From NCBI GenBank assembly GCA_964598735.1, contig CAZRCY010000002.1, positions 1-55,293 of the forward strand: a stretch of 55,293 nt of DNA, written 5' to 3'. The stretch comes from an uncultured Candidatus Poseidoniales archaeon. GTDB taxonomy: Archaea > Thermoplasmatota > Poseidoniia > Poseidoniales > Thalassarchaeaceae. Each line of letters begins with the position of its first letter. The first letter of the stretch is position 1. A program made the position numbers and the translations under genes. The notes beneath the pieces are model-generated. The model was not told the origin of the DNA. It was given only the letters and a program-made list of their open reading frames with translations, and did no database searches. Below, one piece after another: positions 29,933-41,674 of the stretch.

Positions 29933-32900
29933 TTGGAGCACCTCCATCTAGGGTTCCCTTCCAAGCAGTACGCAACTCATCAATAGATGCTGATAAAATT
30001 AGAAGTGATTTATCACTAATCGTTAATTTATTGCTATCATTCACAATTCCGATGCGTGTGTATGATACGTTTGCGAATAAGGATTCTATTTTTTCTGTAT
30101 TGTCTGGAGAGACGCTGATCATAATTCTGCCCAAGCTTTCACCGAATAATGCGCCCCATTTGTCAAGTTCATCATCAAATCCTCTGAGAGCAGATATCTC
30201 AATTTCTGCTCCGGAATCAATTCCAATACAAGATTCTGCAATTGCAACAGCAAGTCCCCCATCAGAACAGTCGTGGGCACTAGCAACTAAACCTGAGTGG
30301 ATGGCTTTTGTTAACGCTCTATATGTCGCAAGGTTTCGCTCCGGTTCAATTGATGGTACTATTCCACCTATGCCACTTTTTCCTCCAGATTCTTCATGAA
30401 ACATGTAGGATATTTCACTAGCTCCTAATTCTTGCCGGGTTTCTCCAATCAAATATATTACATCATTTTCATTTTTGAAATCTGAAGATACAGCAAAACG
30501 AACATCTGGATGGTCTCCCAATAAACTGAATAACAACGTAGGAGGAACACTGATTTTTTCTCCATCTAATGTTGCATCGTTTTTCATAGAATCTTTTCCA
30601 GATATACATGGTAAAGAATAGGCACGACATACGTCTTCAATAGCTCTATTTGCTCGAACCAATTGTGCTAATTTGAAACGCCCGTCTGGAGTCTTGTCAC
30701 TTTCAACAGGATCTGGCCAACAAAAATTATCTAATCCAGCAATTCGATCTAAATCCACGCCAACGCAGACTGCATTTCTCAATGCTTCGTCAACACTTGC
30801 AGCTGCCATAGCATAAGCATCAATATCTGAATATCTAGGCACAATTCCACAGGAAATCACTGCTCCTCGTGTTTCACCAGGAATTGGGGCGATTACTGCT
30901 GCATCCCCTGGAGCATCATGATTAACACCACCAAATGGCTTAATCACAGATTGGGCTATTACTTCGTGATCGTATGATCTGACCCACCACTCCTTACTAG
31001 CAATATTTGGTCTCGCCATCAGCCTACAAAGAATGCTTCCCATTTCCTTAGCATCTGATTCTTTGTCATTGGGGAAAATAATAGGTTGATGATTTGGGGG
31101 GTTCCATTCTGACTCTAATTGCAATTGAGGGCAGCCATCATGAAGAAAATCAATTGGTAAATCTGCTATTACATGTTCTCCATTTCGAACTAAAAAGGTG
31201 CCAGAATCTGTAAATGTTCCAATAGCAGTTGCTTCAACTTCGTGAAGTTTAGCCAGGGCCTCAAACGCTTCTGCATTTTGTTCTGTAACTCCGACTGTCA
31301 TCCTTTCCTGTGATTCAGAAACCAAAATTTCCCAAGGGCTCAATCCTGCTTGTTTTAGTGGTACTGCTGACAAATCTAAATCTGCTCCTTTAGTTAATTC
31401 AGCCATTTCTCCGACACTAGAAGATAGTCCCCCGGCACCATTGTCAGTTATGACCTGAATATATCCCAGATCTCTAGCTTCCAGTAACATATCCAACATT
31501 TTTTTCTGTGTAATTGGATCGCCAATTTGTACTGCGCTACTAGGGCTTTCTTCTGTCAATTCTAAACTGGAAAATGTTGCTCCATGTATACCATCGCTAC
31601 CTACTCTCCCCCCAACCATATAGACGAGATCTCCAGCTGAAGGGGTCTTGATATGGCTCTCTCTACCATCAGGAAGATATCGTGGTAATATTCCAACAGT
31701 ACCACAATAAACCAACGGTTTTCCTATGTATCTATCATCAAAAACAATGGCTCCATTGACAGTAGGTATTCCACTTTCATTTCCTCCTGCTCGGACACCT
31801 GCATGAACTCCTCGCATTACTCGAGACGGGTGGAACAGTCCTTCTGGTAGATGTCCTTCGTAATCTGGAGGGCCAAAACAAAACACATCTGTATTTGCAA
31901 TTGGTCGGGCGCCCAATCCTGTTCCTAATATGTCTCGATTAACCCCTACAATTCCAGTCATTGCCCCCCCAAATGGATCTAATGCTGAGGGAGAATTATG
32001 TGTTTCAGCCTTAATACACAAACTCCAATCCGGGGTCCATTCAATTACTCCTGAATTATCATGGAATAGTGAAAGAAGCCAATCGACCTCTTCCTGCATA
32101 TCCAATGCTGGTTTCATTATGTATGTCTTGAATAAAGAATCAATTTCTGAATCCTCACCAGTCTCATGATCGATATGATGTATTTTTGCTGCGAATATTT
32201 TGTGCTTACAATGTTCAGACCAAGATTGAGCGAGGCATTCTAATTCCACATCTGTTGGTGCATTTGGAGAAAGTCCTCTGGATTTCCTAATTGATTGGAT
32301 TTCAGGATTACGATAATGACTCTGAATTGCTTTCATCTCATTGAGATTTAGTGCAAGCAGTCCATCTTCACTAATTTTAATTAATTCCTGATCTGTTACT
32401 TCTAAGTCTATTATTGATGGAGGAGTTTGCACCAAATTAGGACGTTCTGGAAAATCCAGGGATGGCCAGGGTTCATTCGGATTAGTACGTCTGTCTGTTG
32501 ATTTAGCAAGCTCAATCAACGGGTTGTGGAGTTGTCCCATTAACCATTGTAAATCCACATCTGGAGGAACGTCCCAAAAATGATATCCGATAGTTGTTGA
32601 AACTGCCATTTGTTGATGAGTAGGAAAAAGTGTTTGTAGTCCATCCAATGCCGCCTGAGCACGATTATCTGTTACTCCAGGCTTATATCCAATCAAAATC
32701 GAAATATCTGGTAAAGATGTGAATTTTGATGAGGCAAGAATCGAGGAATTGATTGCGACATCTTCTAGAACTGGATCAGAAAATAATTCTATGGCTGCTC
32801 TATTTTTTTCGTTGTCTGTAAAATGCGCTTTCACTAGATATCCAAGTGTACTTCGAACTGTTCCAATTGTCACTGAGTGATCGAATTCTAATTGACGTCG

Positions 32901-32975
32901 GATAGATTCCCCTCTACTATCAATTAGGCCTTCACCTACATTTGGTAGAACCTCGAAACGATGTAACTCTACCAC
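29922..32975 (-). CDS. purL: Phosphoribosylformylglycinamidine synthase PurL with fused N-terminal PurS-like domain
   Basis: PurL motifs TDVELECLAQSWSEHCKHKIF, ETHNSPSA and DNGAGGLSS. The first 190 aa or so include a PurS-like segment (GLIDSRGESIRRQL). GTG start with an upstream GAGGA. Confidence 0.85.
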   Translation of the reverse strand: MVELHRFEVLPNVGEGLIDSRGESIRRQLEFDHSVTIGTVRSTLGYLVKAHFTDNEKNRAAIELFSDPVLEDVAINSSILASSKFTSLPDISILIGYKPGVTDNRAQAALDGLQTLFPTHQQMAVSTTIGYHFWDVPPDVDLQWLMGQLHNPLIELAKSTDRRTNPNEPWPSLDFPERPNLVQTPPSIIDLEVTDQELIKISEDGLLALNLNEMKAIQSHYRNPEIQSIRKSRGLSPNAPTDVELECLAQSWSEHCKHKIFAAKIHHIDHETGEDSEIDSLFKTYIMKPALDMQEEVDWLLSLFHDNSGVIEWTPDWSLCIKAETHNSPSALDPFGGAMTGIVGVNRDILGTGLGARPIANTDVFCFGPPDYEGHLPEGLFHPSRVMRGVHAGVRAGGNESGIPTVNGAIVFDDRYIGKPLVYCGTVGILPRYLPDGRESHIKTPSAGDLVYMVGGRVGSDGIHGATFSSLELTEESPSSAVQIGDPITQKKMLDMLLEARDLGYIQVITDNGAGGLSSSVGEMAELTKGADLDLSAVPLKQAGLSPWEILVSESQERMTVGVTEQNAEAFEALAKLHEVEATAIGTFTDSGTFLVRNGEHVIADLPIDFLHDGCPQLQLESEWNPPNHQPIIFPNDKESDAKEMGSILCRLMARPNIASKEWWVRSYDHEVIAQSVIKPFGGVNHDAPGDAAVIAPIPGETRGAVISCGIVPRYSDIDAYAMAAASVDEALRNAVCVGVDLDRIAGLDNFCWPDPVESDKTPDGRFKLAQLVRANRAIEDVCRAYSLPCISGKDSMKNDATLDGEKISVPPTLLFSLLGDHPDVRFAVSSDFKNENDVIYLIGETRQELGASEISYMFHEESGGKSGIGGIVPSIEPERNLATYRALTKAIHSGLVASAHDCSDGGLAVAIAESCIGIDSGAEIEISALRGFDDELDKWGALFGESLGRIMISVSPDNTEKIESLFANVSYTRIGIVNDSNKLTISDKSLLILSASIDELRTAWKGTLDGGAPNGS

Positions 32976-33041
32976 GATGGCTCATCCTCGGCATGGTGCC
33001 TTAGCGGGCCGTCCTTCAACGATGCGGCTGGAAAAATTATC

Positions 33042-34709
<1,668 letters not shown>

Positions 34710-34982
34710 TTAATCGTTAACCTTTGCTTGAAGGTCTTCAGATTTCATAAGTAAATATTCCAATCCTAGCCATTCAATCTTGGTTCCGCTGTATTGCCGA
34801 TAAATTACGCGATCACCGGCGGCAATAATAGATGATGCATCTGGCCCAACTGCGATTACAAGACCTACTGTCATTTTCTCTCTAGCTTCTTCTGGTAGTA
34901 GCAATCCCGATTGTGTCTTCTCAGGGGCGGCTTCCATTTGTACAAGTACCATTTCTCCTAGTGGTTCAATTCCTATGCTCAT
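34710..34982 (-). CDS. groS: Co-chaperonin GroES (Cpn10)
   Basis: 90 aa, immediately upstream of groEL. Typical GroES layout: IEPLGEMVLV, the mobile-loop region EKTQSGLLLPE, and GDRVIY. Confidence 0.9.
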   Translation of the reverse strand: MSIGIEPLGEMVLVQMEAAPEKTQSGLLLPEEAREKMTVGLVIAVGPDASSIIAAGDRVIYRQYSGTKIEWLGLEYLLMKSEDLQAKVND

Positions 34983-35015
34983 TCTATCACCTTCGGCTAT
35001 ACAACCTAGAGTTGT

Positions 35016-38000
35016 CTAATCGGCCATCTTTCTTAAACCTAACATTGATCGAAGGTGTTGGCCTGTGAATGAGTTTGGATTCTCTGAAATCAATTCAGGA
35101 GTGCCTTCTGCCACGATGCTTCCTCCTCCATCGCCGCCATCTGGACCTAGGTCGATAACCCAGTCTGATGATTTTACAACATCTAAATTATGTTCAATTA
35201 CAACTACTGTATGACCATTGTTTCTGAGACGTGTAAGAACTTTTACCAGTTGATGGACGTCGGACATTGCAAGTCCGGTTGTTGGTTCATCTAGAATATA
35301 CAATGTGTGCTTTCTAGCAGGACGATGTAGTTCTGTTGCTAATTTTACACGTTGGGCTTCACCACCAGATAGTGTCGTAGCAGGTTGGCCTAAACGGATA
35401 TAACCCAGGCCAACATCCACCAAAGTCTGTAAAATTCTGAATATTTTAGGTTGATTTTCGAAGAAGATTGCCGCATCTCCGATTGTCATTTCGAGGACAT
35501 CGTGGATGCTGTGTCCTTTCCAAAGAACTTCTTGTGTTTCACGATTGTACCTAGTAGCTTTACAGTTATCACATTCTATCCAAACATCTGGAAGGAAATT
35601 CATCTCTAGTTTTATTGAGCCTGCGCCTTTACAAGCTTCACATCTACCTCCTCGTACGTTGAAAGAGAATGTGCCTGGTGTGTATCCTCTTTCTTTTGAG
35701 AGGGGAACTTGGGAGAATAATGAGCGGATATGATCGAATGCTCCTGTGTAGGTAGCAGCATTAGATCTGGGGGTCCTCCCAATTGGACTTTGGTCGATTA
35801 CTATTGTTTTGTCAATTGTTTCAATCCCTTCAATTGATTTATGGCGACCAGGTGTAGAATCTGAATTGTGTAATTTTCGCAATAAAGCAGGTGCTAAAAT
35901 CCCAGTGACTAGAGAAGATTTTCCAGAACCTGAAACACCTGTTATTGAAATGAAGCATTTCAATGGAATTTTTACATCAATTTGTTGTAAATTATTGTGT
36001 GAGGCAGATTTGATAGTTAACCAATCTCCATTGGGCTTTTTTCGTTCTTTGGGAATTGGAATTTTCATTCTTCCTGAAAGATATTGCCCAGTTAGACTTT
36101 CCTCACTAGAAAGGAGTTTTTCTAAAGTACCATTCGAAACTACTGTCCCTCCTTGTCTGCCTGCTCCTGGGCCTAAATCAACTATCCAGTCAGCCTGTCT
36201 TAATGTCTCTTCATCATGTTCGACAACAAGAAGGGTATTTCCAATCTCTGTTAGTTCTCTTAAGGTCGAGAGTAGTCTTGAATTATCTCTTGGATGTAGT
36301 CCTATACTCGGTTCATCAAGAACATACATTACCCCTGTCAATCTAGTACCTATTTGACTTGCTAAACGTATTCGTTGACTTTCACCACCAGAAAGTGTAC
36401 TTGCTCTACGATCGAGGGTGAGATAATCTAATCCAACTAATGCTAAAAATCGTAATCTATTTTCTATCTCTTTAATCACTTCTCGACCGATGTACAAATC
36501 ACGTTCAGTCAGAGTTGTTACAGATTCTAAAACTGGCCCTGTAGGCACTTCTCTTTCTAATTCTGACCAGACCGGATCGGTAATCTCAGAGCGCCAGCGT
36601 TGAACAGTGGCTAATGACTCTAAAACTGAGCAGGATGATAATTCTGGTAAAGTGATATTCCCAACTGTCACCATCGATACAGCTCGATTCAATTTTTGAC
36701 CATTGCAATCTATGCACGGCTCGTCAGTCATATATGATGTCAATTTTGATCTTGTACGTTCAGACGAGGTGTCGGTTAATTGTCTCTTGAGACGGGGGAG
36801 AATTCCTTCCCATGGTTTTCGACTTTGATATATCGATCCCCTTTCCGATTCGAATCTGAAACTGATTTCAGTCGATCCTGTACCGTTCAACAAAATATCT
36901 TGCGCATCATCATCAAGGTCACCAAAGGGAATGGAAGGATCTATTCCATAATGAGTGCAAACCTGTTCCATATGCCTTCTGTACCAATTCGAATGCATGG
37001 AAAGACGGAATGGGATTACAAAATTTTGTTCGACTGAAAGCGTAGTATCGATTAACAAATCAATACTAAAACTACGTTGTACCCCCAACCCTTGACAGGT
37101 AGGGCATGCACCTAGAGGATTGTTGAAAGAAAATATTCTTGGGGACATTTCTGGTAAAAACGAGCCATGAGTGGGGCATGCAAATTCTTCCGAGTACGGG
37201 ATAATAGTGCCAACTGTCACATTTCTAGAATGGGTGCTTTCGACGTTAACGCCTTTTTGTGGTTCTTTCAATGATTCAATAGCAATTGCCCCAGCACCTA
37301 AACGTAAACCTGTCTCGACTGATTCTGTCAATCTTTGGCGATTTGTGCGTGATAATCTCATTCGGTCAACACGGACATCTATATTGTGACGAAGGTTCTT
37401 TTCTAACGTAGGAGGATTATCAAATTCAGCATCACGACCATTGATCTTTCCGTTAGTGTATCCCTGCTCTACCAATACACGAAATAAATCAACATGGGTT
37501 CCTTTCCTATCTCTAATTACAGGAGTCCATACTGAAATGGCATGCCCTTCAAAATTCCACATTACATCATCAACTATCTCCTGAACAGTTCGTGTGGCAA
37601 CCTCTATTCCACATTTAGGACAGTGTGGTTTCCCTATGCGGGCCCAAAGTAAACGAAGATAATCCATAATCTCAGTGACCGTTGCAACAGTGGATCTGGG
37701 GTTGTGAGAGCCTTGTTTCTGATCAATACTTATCGCAGGTGAAAGTCCGTCAATACTGTCGCAGTCAGGTTTTTTCATTTGGCCTAGAAATTGTCTGGCA
37801 TAGGAGCTCAAACTCTCTACATATCTGCGTTGGCCTTCTGCGTACAATGTATCAAATGCTAGACTGGATTTTCCAGATCCTGAGACCCCTGATACAACGA
37901 CAAAACAATCTCTAGGGATGTCCACATCAACGTCTTTCAGATTGTGGGTTCTGGCCCCTTTAACCCGAATCCAATCACGATGATTGGTTCGACGGTCAAC

Positions 38001-38018
38001 TGTCATATAAGAAATCAA
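35016..38018 (-). CDS. uvrA: Excinuclease ABC subunit A (UvrA)
   Basis: Two ABC modules: GVSGSGKSSL twice, LSGGESQR and LSGGEAQR. Zinc-finger Cys pairs: CPKCG, CPTCQG and CEACKGAG. A start at the MTVDRR ATG is also possible. Confidence 0.95.
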   Translation of the reverse strand: MISYMTVDRRTNHRDWIRVKGARTHNLKDVDVDIPRDCFVVVSGVSGSGKSSLAFDTLYAEGQRRYVESLSSYARQFLGQMKKPDCDSIDGLSPAISIDQKQGSHNPRSTVATVTEIMDYLRLLWARIGKPHCPKCGIEVATRTVQEIVDDVMWNFEGHAISVWTPVIRDRKGTHVDLFRVLVEQGYTNGKINGRDAEFDNPPTLEKNLRHNIDVRVDRMRLSRTNRQRLTESVETGLRLGAGAIAIESLKEPQKGVNVESTHSRNVTVGTIIPYSEEFACPTHGSFLPEMSPRIFSFNNPLGACPTCQGLGVQRSFSIDLLIDTTLSVEQNFVIPFRLSMHSNWYRRHMEQVCTHYGIDPSIPFGDLDDDAQDILLNGTGSTEISFRFESERGSIYQSRKPWEGILPRLKRQLTDTSSERTRSKLTSYMTDEPCIDCNGQKLNRAVSMVTVGNITLPELSSCSVLESLATVQRWRSEITDPVWSELEREVPTGPVLESVTTLTERDLYIGREVIKEIENRLRFLALVGLDYLTLDRRASTLSGGESQRIRLASQIGTRLTGVMYVLDEPSIGLHPRDNSRLLSTLRELTEIGNTLLVVEHDEETLRQADWIVDLGPGAGRQGGTVVSNGTLEKLLSSEESLTGQYLSGRMKIPIPKERKKPNGDWLTIKSASHNNLQQIDVKIPLKCFISITGVSGSGKSSLVTGILAPALLRKLHNSDSTPGRHKSIEGIETIDKTIVIDQSPIGRTPRSNAATYTGAFDHIRSLFSQVPLSKERGYTPGTFSFNVRGGRCEACKGAGSIKLEMNFLPDVWIECDNCKATRYNRETQEVLWKGHSIHDVLEMTIGDAAIFFENQPKIFRILQTLVDVGLGYIRLGQPATTLSGGEAQRVKLATELHRPARKHTLYILDEPTTGLAMSDVHQLVKVLTRLRNNGHTVVVIEHNLDVVKSSDWVIDLGPDGGDGGGSIVAEGTPELISENPNSFTGQHLRSMLGLRKMAD

Positions 38019-38061
38019 GTGATCCGCCGTTATTCAACTGATGTGTATCGTCATGAATATT

Positions 38062-38301
38062 TCAGGCTAAGTTTTCGTTTGAATTACTGGTAGTTTCTAT
38101 CTTACATGTATTAATTCCGAACATGGGATAAAATGGACAATATCCCATTATTGATGTAACTGTCAAGAAAATTGCCAGTCCCAGAGCGAATATTTCTATG
38201 ATTAGTTCTGCTGCGCCAAAAATCCCTGATAATTCAACAAAAGCAACGGATGTACCGGCCGAACCTCTCACTATTCGGTCTAGCCTACCCACATTCGCCA
38301 T
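38062..38301 (-). CDS. DUF2892/YgaP-like small membrane protein
   Basis: 79 aa. N-terminal NVGRLDRIVRG and the GYCPFY motif are characteristic of the YgaP-type TM domain. Confidence 0.6.
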   Translation of the reverse strand: MANVGRLDRIVRGSAGTSVAFVELSGIFGAAELIIEIFALGLAIFLTVTSIMGYCPFYPMFGINTCKIETTSNSNENLA

Positions 38302-38405
38302 GGTATCATTGACTTTTATGCGAATATAAGATGTCGTTCAGATTCTACGTACGAAATTATACTGAAATGAAGAAAAGATTAGAGAAGTAGGGCACGAGGA
38401 GGGTT

Positions 38406-39200
38406 ATGATGGCAGAAGATGCATGGGGTCTGAGATGGAGTTCCGTCAAAGATGGTTTTTCTAGACGATATATGCAGACTGCCGCTGAAAAGGAAACGCT
38501 AATTTGCTTTGCTGCGGACTTGCAAACAGTTGATGCTGTACGTAACACTGTTGAGTCTATTGGGCCATATATTGCGTGTCTGAAACTTCATGTGGATATT
38601 GTAGAGGATTGGACATATGATGGATGGATGGATGTTTGCGACTTGGCTAGGGAACTGGATGTATTGATTTGGGAAGATCGTAAATTTGCTGATATTGGTC
38701 GCGTTAGTCGGCAACAGATGGGAGGTTTAGTTGATATTCGTTCATGGGCAGATATTGTTACTGCACATTTAATTTCGGGCCCTGATATTGTCTATGGATT
38801 ACTCGACGGATGGAACGATGTTGGGAGAGATGGTGGCATTCTTCTTTTGGCTCAAATGTCCAGTAGAGGAAATCTTTTGCTTCCAAACTATACTGAGGAA
38901 GTAGTAAAACAAGGTAGAGAAATGGATGGAGTCATGGGATTCATTGGAAATGGTTCAAACCCAGATGATATCAAGTCGTTAAGACAATTAGTGGGAGAAC
39001 GAAAAATGATCTGGACACCTGGGATCAATCTGGATACAGAAGAGGGGGTTGCAGGTCAACAATATGGCCATCCTAGAGAAGCTGTTTTGGCCGGATCTGA
39101 TTGTTTGATAGTAGGTTCAGGGATTCACAAAAGTAACAATCCTATTGAGGCAGCAAAAGAGTATGCACGTGTTTCATGGGATGCGCTGCTCAAAAGATAG
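38406..39200 (+). CDS. pyrF: Orotidine 5'-phosphate decarboxylase
   Basis: Motifs LICFAADL, CLKLHVDIV and DRKFADIG, plus the C-terminal VGSGI. Confidence 0.85.
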   Translation: MMAEDAWGLRWSSVKDGFSRRYMQTAAEKETLICFAADLQTVDAVRNTVESIGPYIACLKLHVDIVEDWTYDGWMDVCDLARELDVLIWEDRKFADIGRVSRQQMGGLVDIRSWADIVTAHLISGPDIVYGLLDGWNDVGRDGGILLLAQMSSRGNLLLPNYTEEVVKQGREMDGVMGFIGNGSNPDDIKSLRQLVGERKMIWTPGINLDTEEGVAGQQYGHPREAVLAGSDCLIVGSGIHKSNNPIEAAKEYARVSWDALLKR

Positions 39201-39207
39201 GTGAAAT

Positions 39208-39456
39208 ATGGACCCAGCACAACTAATTGGATGGGTTTTTGCGATAATGTTCATCGGTTTTTTTTTCCTAAGCTTATTGTGGCTACGAGGAAGGATGATC
39301 ACCCTAGACAGAATGTTAGATGAAGGCGATATTGAGTTACTGAGTAAAGCAGGAATACAAACCGAGGTTCTCAATCATGCTCCAGTTGGAAGTCAAATAT
39401 TACCATACACCCCATATGTTGCATATGATGTAGTGATAAATGAAGGCCCAGACTGA
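39208..39456 (+). CDS. Small single-pass membrane protein
   Basis: 82 aa with one N-terminal TM (WVFAIMFIGFFFLSLLWL). Lies 7 nt after pyrF. Confidence 0.4.
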   Translation: MDPAQLIGWVFAIMFIGFFFLSLLWLRGRMITLDRMLDEGDIELLSKAGIQTEVLNHAPVGSQILPYTPYVAYDVVINEGPD

Positions 39457-39514
39457 GTTATTTCTCGTATAAATTTACTAAAAATAACTAGGTGTAATTT
39501 ACTACACTGGATTG

Positions 39515-39536
39515 TATAAAAAAATACGTTTTTTAG
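39515..39536. terminator. Candidate oligo-T/oligo-A bidirectional terminator
   Basis: AAAAAAA-TACG-TTTTTT (A-run 39518-39524, T-run 39529-39534), about 70 nt after the 39208-39456 gene. Archaeal termination commonly uses oligo-T tracts. Confidence 0.3.
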
Positions 39537-39577
39537 TCTAAATTGGGGTTTTTATTACCAATCTTTAAACCCCGATT

Positions 39578-39586
39578 TTTATAATA
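39578..39586 (+). promoter_or_regulatory. Candidate archaeal TATA box for the purine permease-apt-phr operon
   Basis: TTTATAATA lies about 26-34 nt upstream of the ATG at 39612. The SD GAGGAG at 39598-39603 lies 8 nt before the ATG. Confidence 0.45.
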
Positions 39587-39611
39587 GTCACAATTAAGAG
39601 GAGACTCAATT

Positions 39612-41090
39612 ATGGAAATTGAAGCATTAGACAAGTATTTCGGCTATACTGAAAAGGGTAGTTCGTTTGAAACAGAAATTAGAGCGGGAGTGGCAACATT
39701 CCTTACGATGGCATACATTTTAGTGGTAAATCCAGCTATGCTGTCGTTGGCAGGAATTCCATTCGATGATGCCTTGTTTGCTACAGCAATCGCCGCGTTT
39801 ATTGGATGTATGGTAATGGGATTGTGGGCGAACTTACCTTTTGCTCTAGCACCAGGGATGGGTTTGAATGCCTTTTTCGTTTTTGGTGTTGTATTTACAA
39901 TGGGTGCATCATGGCAACTAGCTCTTGCAGCAGTATTCGTTGAAGGAATAATATTCCTCATCATTTCATTACCACAAGTTGGATGGAGAAGTGCATTGAT
40001 GGATGCTATTCCTAAAGATCTGAAGATTGCAACTGGTGCTGGTATTGGTATGTTCCTTGCTATTATTGGATTACGTGAAATGGGTTGGGTAATCGACCAT
40101 CCGGCAACTTTAGTCTCACTTGGACCAACTGGTGCATTCAGTTATGACCACGGTGGTCTAATTGCTATGGTTGCTCTATTAGCAATTGCAGTAATGATGG
40201 CGCGTGGAATTAAAGGTGCGATTATTTACGGTGTGTTAGGTGCTTCAGTATTTGGATGGATTGTCGGAGCATACGATCCGTGGCTTGATAACAATGCAGG
40301 ACTAGGTACTGACGGATGGGTTTGTATCCCTGATGGGAATGGAGGGTATGTAGATCCTAGTTGTGTATATGCTGCTGCCCCTGATATTGCTGATGTTTTC
40401 GGATTTGTTGGGTTGCCTACTGAAAGTCTGGGTGCTGCTTTTGGCGCCTTTTCGACTATCGGAGACAATCTGGGTGACTTCTTACTGATTATGGTTGCAT
40501 TCCTCTTTGTTGATATCTTTGACACCACTGGTACTCTCTACTCTGTCGGACGTCAGGGTGGATATGTGGATGAAGATGATTCACTAGAAAATGCAGATGA
40601 GGCTTTCATGGCTGATGCTGCAGCAACAATTGTTGGTGCAGCTGTTGGAACAAGTACAACTACCACCTACATTGAATCCGCTGCTGGAGTCGAAGAAGGT
40701 GGAAAAACAGGACTGACCGCAGTTACTGTTGGTGTATTGATGCTGTCTGGGTTATTCCTAGCAGGATTATTCAAGGCAATCCCACAATATGCTGCAGCAT
40801 GTGCATTGGTTGCAATTGGTGCAATGATGATGAGGCAGGCTGCTGACATTGACTGGTCAAACAAAGAGATGGCTTTACCCGCTTTCTTGACCATTGTAAT
40901 GATGCCTTTCACTTACTCAATTGCTATTGGAATCGCTTGGGGTGTTGTTGCTTATGTGGCCATCAAGATGGGTATGCAGAAGTTCAACGAGGTGAGTCCA
41001 ATCATGTATGGATTGGCTGCGTTCTTGATTATGTACTATATGGGCCCTGGAGATGGAAACACTTTCCAATGGATAATTGGGCTAATCTAA
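39612..41090 (+). CDS. NCS2/AzgA-family purine (adenine/guanine/hypoxanthine) permease
   Basis: 492 aa with about 12-13 TM segments. The N-terminal signature FETEIRAGVATFLTMAYILVVNP is typical of PbuG/AzgA permeases. Confidence 0.8.
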   Translation: MEIEALDKYFGYTEKGSSFETEIRAGVATFLTMAYILVVNPAMLSLAGIPFDDALFATAIAAFIGCMVMGLWANLPFALAPGMGLNAFFVFGVVFTMGASWQLALAAVFVEGIIFLIISLPQVGWRSALMDAIPKDLKIATGAGIGMFLAIIGLREMGWVIDHPATLVSLGPTGAFSYDHGGLIAMVALLAIAVMMARGIKGAIIYGVLGASVFGWIVGAYDPWLDNNAGLGTDGWVCIPDGNGGYVDPSCVYAAAPDIADVFGFVGLPTESLGAAFGAFSTIGDNLGDFLLIMVAFLFVDIFDTTGTLYSVGRQGGYVDEDDSLENADEAFMADAAATIVGAAVGTSTTTTYIESAAGVEEGGKTGLTAVTVGVLMLSGLFLAGLFKAIPQYAAACALVAIGAMMMRQAADIDWSNKEMALPAFLTIVMMPFTYSIAIGIAWGVVAYVAIKMGMQKFNEVSPIMYGLAAFLIMYYMGPGDGNTFQWIIGLI

Positions 41091-41134
41091 GTCGATAGTC
41101 TAGACTTGATTTGGCCACATGTGGAGCGATTAGC

Positions 41135-41674
41135 ATGAAGGATATTCTTCTGAATGAATTGCAAAAGAATGTAAGGACTGTACCCAATTTTCCTATAGAA
41201 GGAATAATGTTTAGAGATATCACCCCAATCTTGGCGGATGGTAAATTATTGGCAGATGTTGTTGAAAGGATGGTGTTAGATATAGAGAGGTTAGGGTGGG
41301 AGCCAACTCATATTGTAGGTCCAGAGAGTAGAGGTTTCATCTTTGGTTCAATGGTTGCCTTGCAAATGGGGATAGGATTCATACCAGTTAGAAAACCTGG
41401 TAAACTTCCACATGAAATTGAACGTGTGGAATATAGTCTAGAATATGGCGAAAATGTTTTGGAAATACACAAGGATGCATTGACTCAAGATGATCGGGTT
41501 GTTATTGTGGATGACTTGCTTGCTACTGGAGGGACGGTGTCTGCATCTGCTCAGCTCTGTCAAAAGATTGGAGCGTCTGTCTCAGGAGGTATTTTTTTGA
41601 TTGAACTGGATGGGCTAAATGGGAGTGCGTTGGCAGGTATACCCACCCATTCTTTGTTGAATTATCCTGCATGA
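41135..41674 (+). CDS. apt: Adenine phosphoribosyltransferase
   Basis: PRPP-binding motif VVIVDDLLATGGT and FRDITP near the N-terminus. The ATG at 41135 has GGAG about 10 nt upstream; the track uses TTG 41111. Confidence 0.9.
   Translation: MKDILLNELQKNVRTVPNFPIEGIMFRDITPILADGKLLADVVERMVLDIERLGWEPTHIVGPESRGFIFGSMVALQMGIGFIPVRKPGKLPHEIERVEYSLEYGENVLEIHKDALTQDDRVVIVDDLLATGGTVSASAQLCQKIGASVSGGIFLIELDGLNGSALAGIPTHSLLNYPA

Noticed and set aside
35809-36357. 182-aa plus-strand ORF inside uvrA, plus similar antisense ORFs at 2218-2739, 5700-6065, 8282-8731, 11960-12316, 17294-17665, 25499-25867, 30031-30399, 39644-39964 and 47468-47797
   Set aside because: All lie fully within, and antisense to, genes with clear family motifs. 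None shows a recognisable domain or ribosome-binding context.
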